Of a DNA stretch of 54,070 bases, positions 21,132 to 30,961 are shown piece after piece. The notes beneath the pieces were generated by a model. It was not told where the DNA came from and did no database searches. It worked only from the letters and a program-made list of their open reading frames with translations. Made by a program: the position numbers and the translations under genes. Origin of the DNA: Burkholderiaceae bacterium (GTDB taxonomy: Bacteria > Pseudomonadota > Gammaproteobacteria > Burkholderiales > Burkholderiaceae_B); contig JBAYOJ010000001.1 in the NCBI GenBank assembly GCA_041678385.1, positions 1 through 54,070 on the forward strand, written 5' to 3'. Every line of letters begins with the position of its first letter. The stretch's first letter is position 1.

Positions 21132-21162
21132 CGGCTGCGGTCTGGCAGAGTGCGCTGCGCGC

Positions 21163-22269
21163 TCAGCCGGCCTGGCGCAGCTGACGGTTGATCACGCTGT
21201 CGTAGGCGTATTCGGACACCTGGTTCCAGAGTGCCGCGTCTTTCTGGAAGGCCTTCTGGCTGTCGTAGAGCTTCTTGAACTCGGGGTTGGTGTCTGCGAG
21301 CTCATCGTAGAGTTCCATCGTGGCCTTGTAGGCGGCATCGAGAACCTCGGGCGGGAAGGCGTGCAGCTTGACACCCGAGGCCACCAGCTTGCGCAGCACC
21401 GGCGGGTTGACGACGTCGTAGCGGGCGATGCTGTCGATATTGGCTTCGGCGGCACAGGACTTCAGGATGGCCTGATAATGCTTGGGGAGTTTGTCCCATT
21501 CGGCCGTGTTGATGAAGAAATGCTGCATCGAGGTGCCATCCCAGAAGCCCGGGTAGTAGTAGTGCGGCGCCACCTTGTAGAGGCCCAGTTTTTCGTCGTC
21601 GTAGGGGCCGTTGAATTCGGCGGCATCGATGGTGCCCCGTTCGAGGGCCGGATAGATATCGCCGGCCCCGATCTGCTGCGGCACCACACCGATCTTCACC
21701 AGGGCCTGGCCCCCCAGGCCCGAGAGACGGAACTTCAACCCCTTCAGGTCATCGAGCGACTTGATTTCATTGCGGAACCAGCCGCCCATCTGGGTGGTGG
21801 TGTTGCCGCCCGGCAGGGCCACGATATTGTATTTGCGGTAGAAATCTTCCAGCAGCTGCTTGCCTTCGCCGTGATAGGCCCAGGCGTTCTGCTGGCGGGT
21901 GTCCAGCATGAACGGCGCGTGCGTGCCAAAGGCAAAGGCAGGATCCTTGCCTGTGTAGTAATACGAGGCCGAGTGGCACATTTGCACCGTGTTGTTCGAG
22001 GCGGCATCGAAGGCCTGGCCGCCGGGCACGATTTCACCGGCGGCAAAGACCTGGATCTGGAACTTGTTATCGGTGGCCGCCGCGACCGCATCCGAAAGCA
22101 CTTCGGCACAGCCATAGAGGATGTCGAGGTTCTTGGGGAAGCTGGAGGTGCAGCGCCAGCGGATGACTTCGCTGCCCTGCGCAAGGGCCGGTGTGCCGAT
22201 GGCCGCCAGGCCACCGACGCTGGCTGCCGAGGCGACAGCCTTGTTTAGAAAGGAACGGCGGGTGGTCAT
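21163..22269 (-). CDS. TRAP substrate-binding protein, TakP-like (Tat signal)
   Basis: RRSFL twin-arginine; SSFPK, AGEIVP, QMGGWF, ALERGTIDAAE. Confidence 0.95.
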   Translation of the reverse strand: MTTRRSFLNKAVASAASVGGLAAIGTPALAQGSEVIRWRCTSSFPKNLDILYGCAEVLSDAVAAATDNKFQIQVFAAGEIVPGGQAFDAASNNTVQMCHSASYYYTGKDPAFAFGTHAPFMLDTRQQNAWAYHGEGKQLLEDFYRKYNIVALPGGNTTTQMGGWFRNEIKSLDDLKGLKFRLSGLGGQALVKIGVVPQQIGAGDIYPALERGTIDAAEFNGPYDDEKLGLYKVAPHYYYPGFWDGTSMQHFFINTAEWDKLPKHYQAILKSCAAEANIDSIARYDVVNPPVLRKLVASGVKLHAFPPEVLDAAYKATMELYDELADTNPEFKKLYDSQKAFQKDAALWNQVSEYAYDSVINRQLRQAG

Positions 22270-22320
22270 GTGAGTCTCCTTGTGATGAGGGTGCAGCAGA
22301 TGAATGGGCGCAGTGTCGCT

Positions 22321-23319
22321 TCACTGGCGTTTCAGGCTCCGGTCCAGGCCGCGCACCAGCGGCAGGACCTGGCCCAGGGTGGGGCAGGGCACGCCGGCTT
22401 CTGCGGCCAGCGCCTGGGCCTGCCCCAGAATGGCTTCGACCTCCAGAGCACGCCCGGCGAGCGCATCCTGCAGCATCGACGGGCGCATGCCCTTGACTGC
22501 CGGCGCGCCGCCCTCTGCACCGCCCCGGCGCAGCTGTTCGCGGGCTGCGGCGCGGTGGCCTTCGACGTGGCAGCCCTGGCTCGCCGCAATGGCAATGATT
22601 TCATCGATGAGTGCATCGGCCAGCGCCAGCAGTTCGGCATCTTCAGCCAGCCCGTCAACCGGCAGGCGGGTCAGGGCGCACAATGAATTGAGCGAGGCGT
22701 TGCGCAGCAGCTTGGCCCAGATCTCGGTGCGGATCTCTGTGCTGGCTTCAGCGTGCACGCCGCTTGCGCGCAGCATGGCCACGATACGAGCCAGGCGGTC
22801 GCTGTGTGAAGAATCGGATTCGCCCAGCACCCAGCGGTTGTTGCCCAGGTGGCGGACCACGCCCGGGGCGATCACCTCGTTGGCCGAATAGACCACGCAG
22901 CCGAGTGCCTGCTCGGGCGTCACCAGATCCCATAATTGCGCATCCGGATCCAGCAGCGGCAGGGCGGCTGGCCTGGCGGTGCCGTACTTCCACCACCACG
23001 GGACACCATTGGCGGCAAACACGGCGCAGCCGCCGTCGCGTATCAGGTGCCGGATGGCGCACGCCGCGTCCGGCTGGGCCATGACCTTCAGGGCCACGAA
23101 CACCACATCCTGGGCGGGCAGTTCGAGCGGCTGATCCGTGAGACTGGCGGGCTGGACAGTGATGGATTCGCCGGGCGCTTCAAGGCGAATGCCCTGGTGG
23201 CGAATGGCTTCGAGCTGGCGGCCGCGCGCCACCACGCTCAGGTGGGCGCTATCGGCCTGACCGATGCGGGCTGCGAGATAGCTGCCGACGGCGCCGGCTC
23301 CGAAAATGCATGCTTTCAT
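22321..23319 (-). CDS. Ketopantoate reductase family (PanE/ApbA) protein
   Basis: GAGAVG, NGVPWW, WAKL..N, SMLQD...LE. Confidence 0.9.
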   Translation of the reverse strand: MKACIFGAGAVGSYLAARIGQADSAHLSVVARGRQLEAIRHQGIRLEAPGESITVQPASLTDQPLELPAQDVVFVALKVMAQPDAACAIRHLIRDGGCAVFAANGVPWWWKYGTARPAALPLLDPDAQLWDLVTPEQALGCVVYSANEVIAPGVVRHLGNNRWVLGESDSSHSDRLARIVAMLRASGVHAEASTEIRTEIWAKLLRNASLNSLCALTRLPVDGLAEDAELLALADALIDEIIAIAASQGCHVEGHRAAAREQLRRGGAEGGAPAVKGMRPSMLQDALAGRALEVEAILGQAQALAAEAGVPCPTLGQVLPLVRGLDRSLKRQ

Positions 23320-23372
23320 GTTGAATGGCCAATATCTGTGTACCGTAAGGCAAGCCAGGGATGAGAGGTGCT

Positions 23373-24536
23373 CTACACGGTGCCGTTCATGGCCTGGCGC
23401 AGCAGCAGGCGCATGTCTTCGTGGTTGGGCGTACGCGGATTGACCGGAATGTTGCCCGAGGTCATGGCTTCTTTGATGACTGCATCGAAATGCTGTTCGG
23501 CCACCCCGAAATCTGCCAGCGTCTGAGTCAGGCCGATGTCTTTCTTCAGGCCCTGCACGGCGGCCACCGCGCGTTCGGCTGCCGCGCGTTCGCTGATGCC
23601 GTGCGTGTCTTCGCCCAGCAGCCTGGCCACCCGGGCGTAGCCGGCCACGTTGGCCGGCACGTTGTACTGCATGACGGGTGTGAGCATGATGGCGTTGACC
23701 AGGCCATGCGAGATGTGAAAGCCATTGCCCAGCGGCAAGGCGAAGGCGTGCGCCAGGCCCAGCCGGATCCGGTTGAAGGCCAGCCCTGCCAGGGTGCTGC
23801 CCACCAGCATCTGGCTGCGGGCCTGCAGGTCATCGCCGCGCAGCACGGCATGGCGCAGGTGGGCGCCGATGAGTTCGATGGCTTTTTCGGCCTGGGCTGC
23901 TGCCAATGGGTGGCAGGCCTTGTTGACCAGCGATTCGATGGCGTGCGTCAGTGCATCCATGCCGGTTGCCGCCGTGACGGCCGGCGGCAGGCGCAAAGAC
24001 AGTTCGGGGTCGAGCAGGGCCGTGTGCGCGCTGTTCTTTTCGCTGCCCACATTGACCTTGCGATTGTGCTCGGAATCGGACAGCACGGACCACACCGTGA
24101 CTTCGCTGCCGGTGCCCGCGGTGGTGGGAATGGCGACCACGGGCGCCGCCCGGTTGGGGATCTGGTCGACCCCGAAGTAATCGCTGATGTCGCCCGGGTT
24201 GGCCAGCATGGTGCCGATGGCCTTGGCCACGTCCATCACGCTGCCGCCACCCAGGCCGATGACGCCGTCGCAGCCCTGGGTGCGGGCGAGTTCGGCGCCC
24301 GCGCGCACGGAACGGACGTCGGGATCGCTCTGGATGTCGGAAAAAATGCTGTGAGGGATCTGCGCCGCCGCCAGAATGCGGGTTGTGCGTTCGAGCAGCC
24401 CGGCCTGGATGATGCCCGGATCACAGGCCAGCAGGGCATGCTGGATGCCTGCGGCGCGCAGCACATCGGGCAGTTGCCCGATGGCGCCAACGCCAAAGTG
24501 GATTCGTGTCGGGTTGCGGTAGCTGAAGGGTGTCAT
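23373..24536 (-). CDS. Iron-containing alcohol dehydrogenase
   Basis: GGGSVMDVAK, PTTAGTGSE, DALTHAIE, LAHA, HGLVNA; start MTPFSY. Confidence 0.95.
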   Translation of the reverse strand: MTPFSYRNPTRIHFGVGAIGQLPDVLRAAGIQHALLACDPGIIQAGLLERTTRILAAAQIPHSIFSDIQSDPDVRSVRAGAELARTQGCDGVIGLGGGSVMDVAKAIGTMLANPGDISDYFGVDQIPNRAAPVVAIPTTAGTGSEVTVWSVLSDSEHNRKVNVGSEKNSAHTALLDPELSLRLPPAVTAATGMDALTHAIESLVNKACHPLAAAQAEKAIELIGAHLRHAVLRGDDLQARSQMLVGSTLAGLAFNRIRLGLAHAFALPLGNGFHISHGLVNAIMLTPVMQYNVPANVAGYARVARLLGEDTHGISERAAAERAVAAVQGLKKDIGLTQTLADFGVAEQHFDAVIKEAMTSGNIPVNPRTPNHEDMRLLLRQAMNGTV

Positions 24537-24774
24537 GGCTGTGCTGCGGCGTGCAGGTGGGTGGATTCGGGACAGGGGCTCGTCGTGCACAGGATCATGG
24601 ATGTATCGCGTAAACTGGTCGGGGCTTCTGGTGCGAATGAACCAGAAATCGTATTGGACACGGGGGCACAGGGAAATTGGTAGTTCAACCTATTTCATTT
24701 CCATGAACCCCTCCTCACTGAAAACGATAACATCCGCAGGCCCTGGATGTCACAGGGTCCGGATCATACCGCAT

Positions 24775-25146
24775 ATGCGACTCGACAAGTGGCTTTGGGC
24801 CGCCCGTTTCTTCAAGACCCGCAGCCTGGCAGTGCAGGCTGTCAGTGCCGGGCGGGTGCTGGTCAACCGGCAGGCGGCCAAGCCTGCGCGCTTGATATCG
24901 GTGGGCGACATCGTATCGGTGCACAAGCCCGGGCTGGACATCACGGTCCGGGTGAGGGGCCTGAGCCCGGTGCGCGGGCCTGCGGCCAGGGCCGCCGAAC
25001 TGTATGCCGAAACCCCCGAGAGCGTGGCGGAGCGCGAGCGGCTGGCGGAGCAGAGGCGGCTCGCACCCGAGCCCGGTTGGGCATACGAAGCGGGCCGGCC
25101 GACCAAGCGCGACAGGCGCCAGATGGATCAATGGCGCGGGCGTTGA
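24775..25146 (+). CDS. hslR: Ribosome-associated heat shock protein Hsp15 (S4 domain)
   Basis: MRLDKWLWAARFFKTRSLA ... GRPTKRDRR. Confidence 0.93.
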   Translation: MRLDKWLWAARFFKTRSLAVQAVSAGRVLVNRQAAKPARLISVGDIVSVHKPGLDITVRVRGLSPVRGPAARAAELYAETPESVAERERLAEQRRLAPEPGWAYEAGRPTKRDRRQMDQWRGR

Positions 25147-25262
25147 ATGCGCGGACTGTCCGTTTGCTGCGGGCGTTGATGCCGCCTATGAACAGGTACC
25201 CCGTTCGGTGGACGGCCCCAGCCCTGTTCAGCAGGCGGCCCAGCCCTGTTCGGTGGGCGATT

Positions 25263-26213
25263 TCAACCCTGTGTGGTGGACAGCGTCAGGCCATATTCGG
25301 TGGGCGCGTGCAGTATCAGCTGCCGCAAGGCCTTGTCGATTTCGGATTCCACGCAGCGCAACGCCTGCGTCAGTGGGCGATTGGGTGACTTGGCGAGCAT
25401 CAGGCGGGTGACGATGGCTGGCTCGACGATGCGGCGTGCGATCAGCCGGCCGGCCAGCACGTCTTCCTGCACGGCGGGGTAGGCAAGAATCGTGTGCGCC
25501 AGGCCCTGAATCGTCATCTCGCGCATCAGGCTGAAGTTGTCCATCTCGAACGCCAGGTTCAGCGTGTAGCCCTGTTGCAGCATGGCGGACTCCATGGTCC
25601 GGCGCAGGCCATGGTTTTCGGTGGGCAGGACGACGGGCAAGTGCTGCACGGCAGCCAGTGCGATGACATCCGACGGCTCTTCAGGGGCCCCATGCAGGGC
25701 GGGCGATGAAACGAGAAACAGCTGCATGTCGGCCAGGGGACGCACCAGCACGTTGCTGGAGCGGCGCGCATCGTGCAGAACGGCCAGGTCCAGCCGGGCG
25801 CTTGTGAGCCATTCGTGAACATAGCCGCTGTATCCGGACACGATGTTCAGGCGCAGCCCGGGGTGTTGTGCGTGCAGGGCCTGGATGACCTGCAGCCCGA
25901 GCAACTTGCATACGGTGGGCGTCAGGCCCAGGGTGACCTGGTCTTCGAGATTGCCGCGCCTGTCGCGCAGGCGCTCGAGCATGGTGTCCATCTGTTGCGT
26001 CATTGGCCAGAGCTGTTCGAGGAAACGCTCGCCTTCCGGTGTCAGGGCAACACCGCGACCATGGCGATACAGCAGGGGCGCGCCGTATTCTTCTTCGAGC
26101 CGCTTCAACTGGCGGCTGAGGGCCGGCTGTGCAAGCCCGAGTACGGCGGCCGCCCTTGAAAGGCTGCCGAGCCGGGCGACCTGTGCGAGGTACTTGATGC
26201 GCCGCAGTTCCAT
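25263..26213 (-). CDS. LysR family transcriptional regulator
   Basis: GSLSRAA..L.LAQPALSRQLKRLEEE..L..RHGRGV.LT. Confidence 0.96.
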   Translation of the reverse strand: MELRRIKYLAQVARLGSLSRAAAVLGLAQPALSRQLKRLEEEYGAPLLYRHGRGVALTPEGERFLEQLWPMTQQMDTMLERLRDRRGNLEDQVTLGLTPTVCKLLGLQVIQALHAQHPGLRLNIVSGYSGYVHEWLTSARLDLAVLHDARRSSNVLVRPLADMQLFLVSSPALHGAPEEPSDVIALAAVQHLPVVLPTENHGLRRTMESAMLQQGYTLNLAFEMDNFSLMREMTIQGLAHTILAYPAVQEDVLAGRLIARRIVEPAIVTRLMLAKSPNRPLTQALRCVESEIDKALRQLILHAPTEYGLTLSTTQG

Positions 26214-26366
26214 GTGTTCGTGGGTTCAACGGATGCCGTCCAGCGGATTCCGTTCGACAGATTCTGCATATTGGATATACGGATTATGGCATTGATCGTG
26301 ATGCAGGCCGCTTGCTAAATTCATAGGGACTTTCCGGCGTTCATTTCCGCTTTTCCTGGGTGGCCC

Positions 26367-27986
26367 ATGCCGACTTCGTCCCACGCCCTGCTGTCCGTTC
26401 TGCGCGCCCACGGGGTAGACCGTGTCTTTCTCGTTCCAGGCGAAAGCTATCTCGGGATCCTGGATGCGCTGAACGAGTTCCCCGACATCGACATCGTGAC
26501 GTGTCGCCACGAATCGGGGGCCGGTTTCATGGCGTGCGCAGATGGTCGCCTCACCCGCCGTGCGGGCGTGGCCGTCGTCAGCCGTGGGCCGGGGGCGTCC
26601 AACGCCACCATTGCCCTGCACACGGCCCAGCAGGATGCCATTCCGATGATTCTCATCATTGGCCAGGTACCCAGGTCGCATCTGCGCCAGGAGGCCTTCC
26701 AGGAGATCGATTATCAGCAGGCCTATGGCAGCATCGCCAAATGGGTGGTCGAGGTGACCGAGCCCGCGCAGCTGGCGGCTGCGGCATTCAAGGCGGTGCG
26801 TATCGCCACGACGGGCACGCCGGGCCCTGTCGTGCTCGTGGTCCCCGAAGACGTGCAACAGCAGGCCGTGGATGCCCCGGCCTGGCGTGCGATGCCGCCG
26901 GCGCGCACCGTCGCGGATCCCGAAACGCTGGATCAATTGCACCGGCTGCTCGACGGCGCTGCACGCCCACTCATCATTGCCGGCAATGCGCTGGATGCGC
27001 CCGGCGGGCGAGAGGCTCTGCTTGCGCTCGCAGAGCAGCGGCAGATTCCGGTCATGGTGTCATTTCGCCGCCAGGATCTGTTTCCGAACGATCACCCGCT
27101 TTATGCCGGTGATCTCGGCCTGGCCAATCCGCGCGAACAGATCGCGGCCCTCGAAGAGAGCGACCTGATTCTTGCGCTTGGGACCCGGTTGGGTGACATC
27201 ACCACCCAGGGCTATACCTTTCCCGATTGTCCATGGCCCAGGCAGGCCCTGGTGCATTGCTATCCGGATACGCGCCAGATCGGCCTGCACTTCGCGGCAC
27301 GGGTCGGCCTGGCCTGTGACCCGACGCTGCTGGCGCGGGCGCTGCGTGGGCCTGGCCCGTACCCGGCGTCCGACGCCAGGCAGGCATGGGTGCAGCGCTT
27401 GCGCGCCCTTCATGAGGGGCTGGCGCGATGGCCTGGGGCCCAGTCATCACACCTGATCTTCAGCGAGGTCGTGCAGGCCGTAAAACATCACGCGGCGCCC
27501 GATGCGATCATCGCGGTAGACGCCGGTACGTTTGCGGTTCCGGCCTATCAGAACTTCAGCTTCATGCCGCCGCAGCGCCTCATGGCGCCCATATCCGGCG
27601 CCATGGGTTACGGCGTTCCTGCGGCGATCGCCACGCAGCTGCGCCATCCTGGCCGCAAGGTGGTCTGCCTGGTGGGTGACGGCGGCTTCATGATGACGGG
27701 CAACGAGATGATTCATGCCATCGAACGACAATTGCCCATCGTGTTCATTCTGGCCAATAATGCACGTTATGGCTCGATACGGAAACACCAGGACACCGTC
27801 TACCCTGGCCGTCATCTGGGGACCAGCCTCTACAACCCATGCCTGCGCGATCTGGCGGCGAGTTTCGGGTTGCGCAGCGACCGTCTGATTCACAGCGCTC
27901 AGGTGGATGCGCTCATCGGCGACGCCATGGCAGACAAGGTGCCACGTTTCATTGAAGTCATGATCGAGACACCGCAATCCACCTGA
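26367..27986 (+). CDS. Thiamine pyrophosphate-dependent enzyme (ALS/decarboxylase family)
   Basis: VPGESYL, RHE, RGPGASN, GAMGYG, GDGG...NN. Confidence 0.95.
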   Translation: MPTSSHALLSVLRAHGVDRVFLVPGESYLGILDALNEFPDIDIVTCRHESGAGFMACADGRLTRRAGVAVVSRGPGASNATIALHTAQQDAIPMILIIGQVPRSHLRQEAFQEIDYQQAYGSIAKWVVEVTEPAQLAAAAFKAVRIATTGTPGPVVLVVPEDVQQQAVDAPAWRAMPPARTVADPETLDQLHRLLDGAARPLIIAGNALDAPGGREALLALAEQRQIPVMVSFRRQDLFPNDHPLYAGDLGLANPREQIAALEESDLILALGTRLGDITTQGYTFPDCPWPRQALVHCYPDTRQIGLHFAARVGLACDPTLLARALRGPGPYPASDARQAWVQRLRALHEGLARWPGAQSSHLIFSEVVQAVKHHAAPDAIIAVDAGTFAVPAYQNFSFMPPQRLMAPISGAMGYGVPAAIATQLRHPGRKVVCLVGDGGFMMTGNEMIHAIERQLPIVFILANNARYGSIRKHQDTVYPGRHLGTSLYNPCLRDLAASFGLRSDRLIHSAQVDALIGDAMADKVPRFIEVMIETPQST

Positions 27987-28013
27987 TTTGCCGGTCTCCT
28001 GCAAGGAGGATTC

Positions 28014-28556
28014 GTGAAGGCCCTGGAACATTTCATTCTCACGCTGGAACGCCTCTCCGATCTGGTGTCGACGCTGGTGATGCTGTTGATCATGGCCATC
28101 GTCGTGCTCGACGTGGCCTTGCGTTATGTGTTTCATACGCCGCTGATCTGGGCGTACGACGTGATCGGCCTGTACCTGATGGCGGCGGTCTTCTTCCTGT
28201 CCATATCGAGCACGTATGCCGCCAACAAGCATATTGCCCTCGATATCCTCGTGCAGCGTTTCAGTGAACGGGGCCGGCGCTGCATCGAGGTTTTCGTGTG
28301 CCTGATCAGCCTGCCCCTGTTCGGCATCATTGCAGTCGTGGGTATCGAACGTGCATGGGAAAACTGGGTCAATGGCGATGCCACCACGGGTCTGATCGCC
28401 TGGCCGACCTGGATCGCCTCGGCGCTGGTGCCGCTGGGGCTGGCACTGCTGTTGCTGCGCCTGGTCTTTCGGCTGATCGGGCAGATCGCCAGCCTCGCGA
28501 CAGGGCGCAATCTGGTGGACAACATCCCCATCATCAGCACGCATGGAGACGTGTGA
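28014..28556 (+). CDS. TRAP transporter small permease (DctQ)
   Basis: DVALRYVF..PL, HIALD; GTG start with AGGAGG RBS. Confidence 0.92.
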   Translation: MKALEHFILTLERLSDLVSTLVMLLIMAIVVLDVALRYVFHTPLIWAYDVIGLYLMAAVFFLSISSTYAANKHIALDILVQRFSERGRRCIEVFVCLISLPLFGIIAVVGIERAWENWVNGDATTGLIAWPTWIASALVPLGLALLLLRLVFRLIGQIASLATGRNLVDNIPIISTHGDV

Positions 28557-28559
28557 ATC

Positions 28560-29846
28560 ATGATGGCCATCACCATCATCGTCCTGCTCCTTGGCCTGAT
28601 GGCAGTGGGCGTGCCCGTCGGCTTCGCGATGGCCGTCAGTGGCGCGGTCGGCCTGTATTGGGTGGGCAATTGGGACATGCTGCTCGGCGTCCTGCAGACC
28701 GTGCCGCTGTCGACGGTCAGCTCGTACGAGATGATCACCATTCCGATGTTCCTGCTGATGGCCGAACTGGTCCTCAAGAGCGGGATTGCCGATGATCTGT
28801 TCGATGCCGCTGCAGCCTGGGTCGGCGGGGTGCGTGGCGGCCTGGGCATGGCCACGGCCATGGCCGGAGCCGGTTTTGGTGCGATCTGCGGCACGAGCAC
28901 GGCTGCGGCCGCGACGCTGTCGGCCACCAGCCTGCCGGCCATGCTCAGGCACGGCTACGAACCCAAGGTCGCCGCCGGGGTGGTGGGGATTTCAGGCACG
29001 CTCGCCATGCTGATCCCGCCCAGCGTCGTGCTGATCATCTATGGCCTGCTGGCCGAGGCCAACATCGGGCGCCTGCTCATCGCGGGTATCGTGCCGGGGT
29101 TGCTCATCAGCGTGACCATCATGCTCACGGTCTATGTCCTGGCGGTGCTGCGCCCGGACAGTGCCCCGGTGTCGCCGCGCCAGCCCCTGATGCAGCGGGT
29201 GCGCCTGCTCAAGGTGGTGGGCCCGATGATCGTGCTCATGATGGCGGTCACGGGGGTGATCTATACGGGCCTGGCGACACCGACCGAGGCCTCGGCACTG
29301 GGTGCGTTCGGAGCCCTGGTGATCGCTGCAGCCCGCCGCAGGCTGACGTTCGGCTCGCTTTTCGATGCCACCCGGCGTGCCGTCCAGGGCACCTGCATGA
29401 TCGCGATGATCCTGATGGGGGCGAGCATCTTCGGCTATTTTTTCACGCTTACCATGGTGACCCAGGACCTGGTCGGCTGGGTCAGCTCGCTGCACGCCGA
29501 ACCGTGGGTCGTGATGCTGCTGATCCTGCTGGTCTACATCATACTGGGTGCGTTCATGGACCAGTTGGCCATTCTGGTACTCACCGTGCCGGTGGTGCTG
29601 CCCGTGGCGGTCACGCTTGGATACGACCCCGTGTGGTTCGGCGTCATGGTGATCGTGACGGCTGAGGTGGGCCTGCTGACCCCGCCCATGGGCCTGAACT
29701 GCTTTGTGGTGGCGTTCTACGCACAGCGGCCGGTGACCGAGGTCTTTGCGGGTATCTGGCCGCATGTGTTCGCCCATTTCATCCCCCTGGGGCTGATGCT
29801 GGCGTTTCCACAAATCGTGCTGTGGCTGCCTTCCCTCATGAAATGA
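28560..29846 (+). CDS. TRAP transporter large permease (DctM)
   Basis: IPMFLLM, GTLAMLIPPS, TPTEAS, LTPPMG. Confidence 0.95.
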   Translation: MMAITIIVLLLGLMAVGVPVGFAMAVSGAVGLYWVGNWDMLLGVLQTVPLSTVSSYEMITIPMFLLMAELVLKSGIADDLFDAAAAWVGGVRGGLGMATAMAGAGFGAICGTSTAAAATLSATSLPAMLRHGYEPKVAAGVVGISGTLAMLIPPSVVLIIYGLLAEANIGRLLIAGIVPGLLISVTIMLTVYVLAVLRPDSAPVSPRQPLMQRVRLLKVVGPMIVLMMAVTGVIYTGLATPTEASALGAFGALVIAAARRRLTFGSLFDATRRAVQGTCMIAMILMGASIFGYFFTLTMVTQDLVGWVSSLHAEPWVVMLLILLVYIILGAFMDQLAILVLTVPVVLPVAVTLGYDPVWFGVMVIVTAEVGLLTPPMGLNCFVVAFYAQRPVTEVFAGIWPHVFAHFIPLGLMLAFPQIVLWLPSLMK

Positions 29847-29897
29847 CGATTGTGGATGATTTTTCTCGATGTACTTTTACCTTCATGGAGACAAGAC

Positions 29898-30953
29898 ATG
29901 AAAATCTTTCCTCGTAGCGTCCCGCGCAGCGTCCTGGGCCTTGCGGCGGCCGGCTTCTGTCTGTGGGGCGCGGGCGTACCCGCCCATGCCGCGGACACCA
30001 CTGTGCTGCGCATGGCAGACAGCCTGCCCAATGGCAGTTTCATCTACAAACTGGTCGCCAAGCCGTTCATGGACGAGGTCGAAAAGCGCACCGACGGCAA
30101 GGTGACCTTCAAGTATTTCCCCAGCCAGCAGCTGGGCAAGGCCAAGGACATGCTCAAGCTGACCCAGACCGGCATGGCGGATATCGGTTATGTCGGTCCG
30201 GGCTACATCCAGGACAAAATGCCACTGTCGCAGGTCTTCGAATTGCCCGGGGCTTTTTCCGATGACTCGTGTCAGGGCTTTACCGCGTTCTGGGACATGA
30301 CCCATGATGGCGGCTACCTGCAGGTGAACGAATGGGACCCGAATGGTGTCATCCCGATCCTGTCATTGATTACCCGCCACCATATCTATATTTCGAACAG
30401 CAAGCCCATCAACACGCTGGACGATCTCAAGGGGCTCAAATTGCGCTCCTCGGGGGGCGCCATGGCGAGCACCATGCAGGAAATGGGCCTGGTGCCGGTG
30501 AACATCTCCGCACCCGAAACCTATGAAAGCATGCAGCGGGGCACGGTCGACGGCGCCTTTTACCCGGCGCAGAGCGCCTTCGATTACGGGCTCACGGATT
30601 TGATCAAGAGCGGCACGACGAGCCGGCATGTCGCTGGCGTGGTGCTGACGTACGCCATCAGCAAGGACGCCTGGAACAAACTGGATCCGGAGACGCAGCA
30701 GATCATCCTGGATGTCGGCCGGGAGATCTCGACGACGAGCTGCCGTGGGTTCGATGCGGCCGAGCAGGACGCCATCGAGCGCATGAGTGCGCAGGGCATC
30801 AAGAAAATCCATTTCGACGAAGCCGATGGCAAACGTATCGACGAGGCATTCGAGCGCTCTTCGCAAGCGTGGGCCAAGAGCCTGGATGAACGCGGCAAAC
30901 CCGGCAGCGATACGCTGGCCGCCATGCGCAAGGCCGTTGCTGCGGTGCAGTAG
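29898..30953 (+). CDS. TRAP substrate-binding protein (DctP)
   Basis: Signal peptide, VEKRTDGKV..FPSQQLG, DLKGLKLR, QRGTVDG. Confidence 0.93.
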   Translation: MKIFPRSVPRSVLGLAAAGFCLWGAGVPAHAADTTVLRMADSLPNGSFIYKLVAKPFMDEVEKRTDGKVTFKYFPSQQLGKAKDMLKLTQTGMADIGYVGPGYIQDKMPLSQVFELPGAFSDDSCQGFTAFWDMTHDGGYLQVNEWDPNGVIPILSLITRHHIYISNSKPINTLDDLKGLKLRSSGGAMASTMQEMGLVPVNISAPETYESMQRGTVDGAFYPAQSAFDYGLTDLIKSGTTSRHVAGVVLTYAISKDAWNKLDPETQQIILDVGREISTTSCRGFDAAEQDAIERMSAQGIKKIHFDEADGKRIDEAFERSSQAWAKSLDERGKPGSDTLAAMRKAVAAVQ

Positions 30954-30961
30954 CCACAGCC

